Origin: Utricularia gibba
Taxonomy: Eukaryota; Plantae; Magnoliophyta
Direction of reading: 5' to 3'
NCBI GenBank assembly: GCA_002189035.1
Contig: CM007992.1
Span: 3,038,001-3,102,000 of the forward strand
Length of the DNA: 64,000 nucleotides
Below the pieces are notes generated by a model. The model was not told where the DNA came from. It searched no databases and saw only the letters and a list, made by a program, of their open reading frames with translations. The position numbers and the translations under genes were made by a program. Position 1 is the stretch's first letter. Every line of letters starts with the position of its first letter. Of the stretch, positions 59,164-64,000 are shown piece after piece.

Positions 59164-62100
59164 TCAGGCCGTTTTTCCACTCTTGTACATGTCTTGGATG
59201 AAGGTCTGCAAGGAGATCCAAGGGTGAGCATGCTTCGTTGAAAGAGAAGAAAGCATTATGGAGGACGAACCTCGTAGTGCTTGAGCAACTGGGGTCGTTT
59301 CTTCTTGAATGTGGGGGTGAGGAGATCGCGTTCCATGTCAAATGGGACTGGGTCGAGATGCACGCTTTTTATGAACTCAAAGCCCTTCAACTGCGGAAAA
59401 AGATGGTAACCAGATGAAGATAAATGAAGAAAACCAGCAGAAACTAAGGGAAAAGAAATCAACCTTCTTTTCTTTTGCGATCCCTTTGAGTCCTTCAAGA
59501 ATGTGTTCCTTCACAGCAGGATTCTCACAGAGGCTGTGGAAGTTCCCAGATATGCCGTTTTCTTGAGCCCAATGCTCCAGAGCGTGCTGATTCGGGTTGA
59601 CAACAGCAACTAGGAATGATTCAAAGCTGTTGCCGTAAACCCAGATCTGCGTTTAAGATGCAAGAGTGATTAAGCAGTGCAACTGAAAGCTCCACAAGAT
59701 AAAAATACTAATTTCCCAATTAGTATTTGTCTACTACCTTTTCAGTCATCTTTTCAAGAAAGAACTAGTAATAGAGAGAAATACTTGGCGTACCGAGTCA
59801 AGAATAGGAAGATTGCCGTAGACATTTTCTAGATTCTCAACAGCAACATACTCTCCTTGTGAAAGTTTGAAAATATTCTTCTTTCGATCTATGATTTTCA
59901 AGGCCCCATCAGCTTGCCATTCACCGATGTCACCTGAAGCACAAGTTGGCAAGAATGAGCATGTGAGCCACGGGGATTAAACTCAAAGGACGAGCATCCG
60001 CAACCTGTATGAAACCAGCCATCAACAAAAGCTTCCTTGGTAAGATCTTCACGCTTGTAATAGCCTGCGAAAACGGGCTCGCCCCTTACGCAGATTTCAC
60101 CACGAGGCGTGGAAGAAAGGGCATCGTAGTTCATTTCAGGGACAGACTCAAGGCAAACATCCACATTAGGGACAGGAGGACCCACTGTGCCAAGCATGCC
60201 CATCTGATCGGGCAATGATACAAATGTACCGGCACAAGTTTCTGTCAAGCCTACAGAAAAGGAAAAAGGTTAGCTGCACAAAGGTTGCTTCATTCTCACA
60301 GTAACAAAGAAGAGGTGAACACAGTGTACAGATCAGCATTGGAGATGTGATATATATTTGCAAAAAAAAAAGGTAAAGAATGGAAGGGACCAAAGGTACC
60401 ATATCCCTGGATAACATGACAGCACGTTACAACTCTCAGGAACTCTTCAACATGAGGGCAAGAGGTGCAGCACCGGATAAAATAAATCTTACTTGGCCTC
60501 CTAAACCTTGTTTCACCTAAAATGCGTAACAGAAAGGAATTAGTTACTCCCATGACAGACCTTGAAAGGTACAAACAAGAACAAGGTAAACCAGAACACT
60601 AAAACTGACCTTATTAAAAACTAATTTGTCAGAGAAAGGAGCAGCCTCTGAAACCTTACGGCCTTTCTTCATATTCCGGAGTTTCCTATATAAACGAGTT
60701 AGCATGATACAAAGCGCGTGATGCAGTTGATAATATTCCTAAAATATGAAGCACAGGAAAAATATATGAATACCAAAGAAATCTCAGCAAACTCATGGAA
60801 TATCACCAAGGAGGAGAAATCACATATAGATTAATTGGAACATCTAGTAATTTTTTGTCCAGAAAGACCACAATGAACTGGGAAAACTTACAAAGAATAT
60901 CCAAGGCTGAATAATTTACTCTTAATAAAACCCCCAGACGATATTTTCTGCTGCAAACCTGAAAGACAATATTATAGGATAAAATTAAGTCATCAGGGAC
61001 TTGTGCTTTCAAAAGACGGGATGGAATATTGTCTCAGAGCCCAAATGGTAAAATTATTGGTAATGTTACAAGGGAAACCACCTGACTAGTTGAACACTAA
61101 CCTGAATAAATTCTCTCTAATACTCGTGGGACTGCACAAAAAATAGTGGGCTTAAGCTCCCCTATATCTTCAACGAGCAACTTGACATCCTGAAAAAAAA
61201 AAGCAAGTCGGTTCCAAGGAAGTTTTCAAAATATATGTAACTAAGACTTCTTACCCCACGCCAGAATCCAATTGAAGCTCCATGATGGATCATGCACTCC
61301 TCAATGACACGATCAAAGATGTGTGCCAATGGGAGATATGAGATGTACACATCATTTTGATCAAGCTGAGAAAGACCAAAGAAACAAAATCCATGATAGA
61401 GCCTTCTGAATTGAATGAAGTGCTCCAAAATTATTCTTGTTTAAACATTAGAAGCAATGAAATAGCATACCCACCGTTTGATTGACATTCTGAAGTACAC
61501 TTATTACACCAGCGATCAAACTAACAATGCTCCGGTTAGAAATCATGACACCCTTGGGGTCTCCGGTAGTACCACTTGTGTACATTATTGTGCAAATATC
61601 AGATTTCTCTTTCACAGGAAGATCGAAATGCTTACCTTCTCCCTGCACAATACAAGAAAGAAGAAAGCTCACTTTGTGTTCACCTGATTACGATTGAGTA
61701 TGTCATTGACTGGATCAGAAAGGAATTATGATGGCAAATATTATCCCCAGAGTGCAAGATCATATTACCAAATAAGAACACATCCAAGCACTATGATACT
61801 GCATCTAGATGTACCATACCCAGTTTACGTTTTGTTAATTTAATTACATGTTGAAATTAAACAAACAAGAAAAATCTGCATACCATTGTTCATGGCAGTA
61901 GAGGGCATGGAAAACTGAAGCTCAAGGATTTTCTTTTTTACAAACAAATAGAACTTCAAACTTATTAGCCTTATGACATGCAGGCAGTCCGATTAAATTT
62001 GCAGACTAAGTATACAGAAACAGAGCGGTGATGAAAAGAGATGCTTACCAGTATCAGGAAATCATTCCACGAATATACAGCTAAACCAAAATTCTCAAAT

Positions 62101-63473
62101 TCCTCCTTATTTTGAGAACTAACTTCTCCAAAGCAAACAATTGCTGCAGGTTATGTCACATAAATCCGAAGTTTTAGCACATTAGATAAATTATCCGAAT
62201 CAGAATCAATGAAAGCACGTACTTTTCAAACACTTTGCGGCACCAGGAAGTGTTTTTAGAAGCTATAAGTACAAGACCAGGTGTCAGCATATGTCACATT
62301 ATCATCAAAGCAGATAACAAAATCAGGAATGCACATATACTAAAAAGCATCATGTAAAAATTTGACGATAGCAATTAAATAACCTCTGGTATCTTTTTTC
62401 CTTCTACAAAAGCTATTTCAACTTCCGCATGGCATATGATGAATTCTACAGCACCAGCGCCTGATCAAGTAAAAAGTGAAGCTATTTTCAGGTACCACAC
62501 AAAATCATCCAGCATGCATCAACACTGCAGACTTGTGACAACGCCTTTTCAGCAGCATGCATCCAGCAACATATAAAATGAAGGATGAGAGGTGAGATCT
62601 ATGGTGTTTTCAGTGAATAAATGTTTAGTTTATCTGTGTATATAGCCTCTGGCTACAGCTGTTTCATTATATGACTTTTCAGTCGATCAAAAAAAGAAAA
62701 AGGCATGGAGGATGAGAAGAAAACATACCCAATGTGTCGTACAAGGGGACACAATATAGCCCATGTGCATTACATGCCTGAATCAATTATAAAACATGAT
62801 GAGTTATGATTGACTATGCATATGGATATGTCTTCAATGGAGGACTGCTAGAGTTTTCTTTGTTAGGAACACATAGCATTTAAGATTACCAAAAGAAACT
62901 CATGGATCAGAATACCTCCATGCTGATAACCCACTCTGTGGAATTAGCACCATAGATTCCACACCGTCCTCCCTGAGCATCATCAATAAAATGAGAGAAA
63001 ATAGTGAATGGTCGCAGAACCAGCTATAACAGTGCCCAAATACAAAAGAAGAATTTGATTACATATAGGATCACAGTAAGTAGCGCCATGTATGAAAATA
63101 TTACAAAGATATAAGTATGATCCAAACAGATTTGCATGAAGATTCCAAAAAAGATCCGTCTTATTACACAATTCAAAAAGAGAACCAGAGAAAACGCAAA
63201 GCCAAATTCCTAGAAAAGATCTGAAGGGAAAACCTTTTCAAGGCCACAGCTCCGGATAGAATTGCCGACTTTGAGCACTATATCATACACTTCTCCGTAA
63301 GTCTTCCACACATACTTTCCAGGCTGGTAACGCGATCAACATGCAAGGGAAATTTTATTCAAATAAGTCAATAGAAGCAAGACCTCAGCAAATAAATATT
63401 ATCAAGTACCTTCCCATCTATAACTTCACGGTGACCAAGCATCTTATTGTGGGGATATTTCTCTACAGACAAA
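59164..63473 (-). CDS. LACS: Long-chain acyl-CoA synthetase (LACS4/5-like), multi-exon; first exon lies beyond the window end; one exon is 1 nt short
   Basis: [23 protein letters not shown]-binding [41 protein letters not shown]|[45 protein letters not shown]. Last exon [13 protein letters not shown]. Confidence 0.94.
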
Positions 63474-64000
63474 CTGCAGGAGGAACTCATATAGCAACTT
63501 AAGAAATGCCATGGACTGAGAATATAAACATCTAAATTCAACGCATGCAACAGCATATGACCTTGATCATAAACAGCTCAGACGTCCCTCAAGCTCATAA
63601 AGGTGGCAAATTTGCTTTCTACTAGAAAAGATACTCATAGAAGTACCCCATGCTTTTCGCACTAAACACACTCTACAGCGTGCTAATTTAACTCATACAC
63701 GCCTAAAATATCACAAAAAAAAAAAAAAACAGAATTGAGAACCCAATATGACTATTCCAGCGTGCAGAGCCATTCAGGTCCCCTGACTTTGAAACAACGT
63801 GGGTTACGCTTTGAAAGCAAAAAAGATTTTCTCTTTTTTTTCTTTATTGACAAAAAGCGCCACATATTTGTCAGTGATGGGAACGTCCCCATCCTCCGAA
63901 CCAGCGCACCAAAAGAAAAGAAAAGGAAAACAGGAAAATCGCCCAACGAGAAGATCGCGAGCAACGGAAACTCAATTAGCACCAAACCAGTAAAAAGCAA

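Noticed and set aside
8321-60460. Programmed ribosomal frameshifting or RNA editing as a shared system explaining the broken genes
   Set aside because: No common slippery heptamer or downstream structure, the genes are unrelated, and nuclear insertional editing is not established in plants. Sequencing error is far more parsimonious.
1-64000. CRISPR arrays, rRNA, tRNA genes and autonomous transposase/RT ORFs
   Set aside because: No repeat-spacer arrays, rRNA-like sequence, complete cloverleafs or transposase/RT/integrase motifs were seen.

Overview
Plant (eudicot-like) nuclear DNA with short introns (mostly about 65-100 nt) and AT-rich spacers; the species cannot be determined from the sequence. 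I can support about 19 protein-coding genes. In order: GATA TF, DREB/A-4 AP2 TF, a divergent response-regulator-like GARP TF, Aux/IAA, PDI-like, LRR-VI pseudokinase, Rpp21-domain protein, mitochondrial carrier with long N-extension, COPT copper transporter, SAP30-like (AFR), RBOH, HD-domain protein, GH5+ricin-like hydrolase, a Cys/His-Gly repeat protein, 3xHMG-box, group III WRKY, an uncharacterised secreted protein, ERF061-like AP2 TF, and a LACS that runs off the window end. Mobile DNA includes a solo LTR with a perfect 5-bp TSD, a roughly 745-bp foldback element and MITE-like repeats. The main window-wide observation is eight separate 1-nt deletions in seven otherwise conserved genes, most at or next to G/C homopolymers. 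This looks like long-read consensus error rather than pseudogenisation and should be checked before any loss-of-function claim. The best candidates for real novelty are the pseudo-receiver GARP factor, a PDI whose first active site has no cysteine, the secreted RP(I/V)x-motif protein, the 10x CX4CX10CX2H repeat protein with three EAR-like motifs, and two unexplained GC-rich islands. I found no CRISPR, rRNA, tRNA or clearly new multi-gene system.
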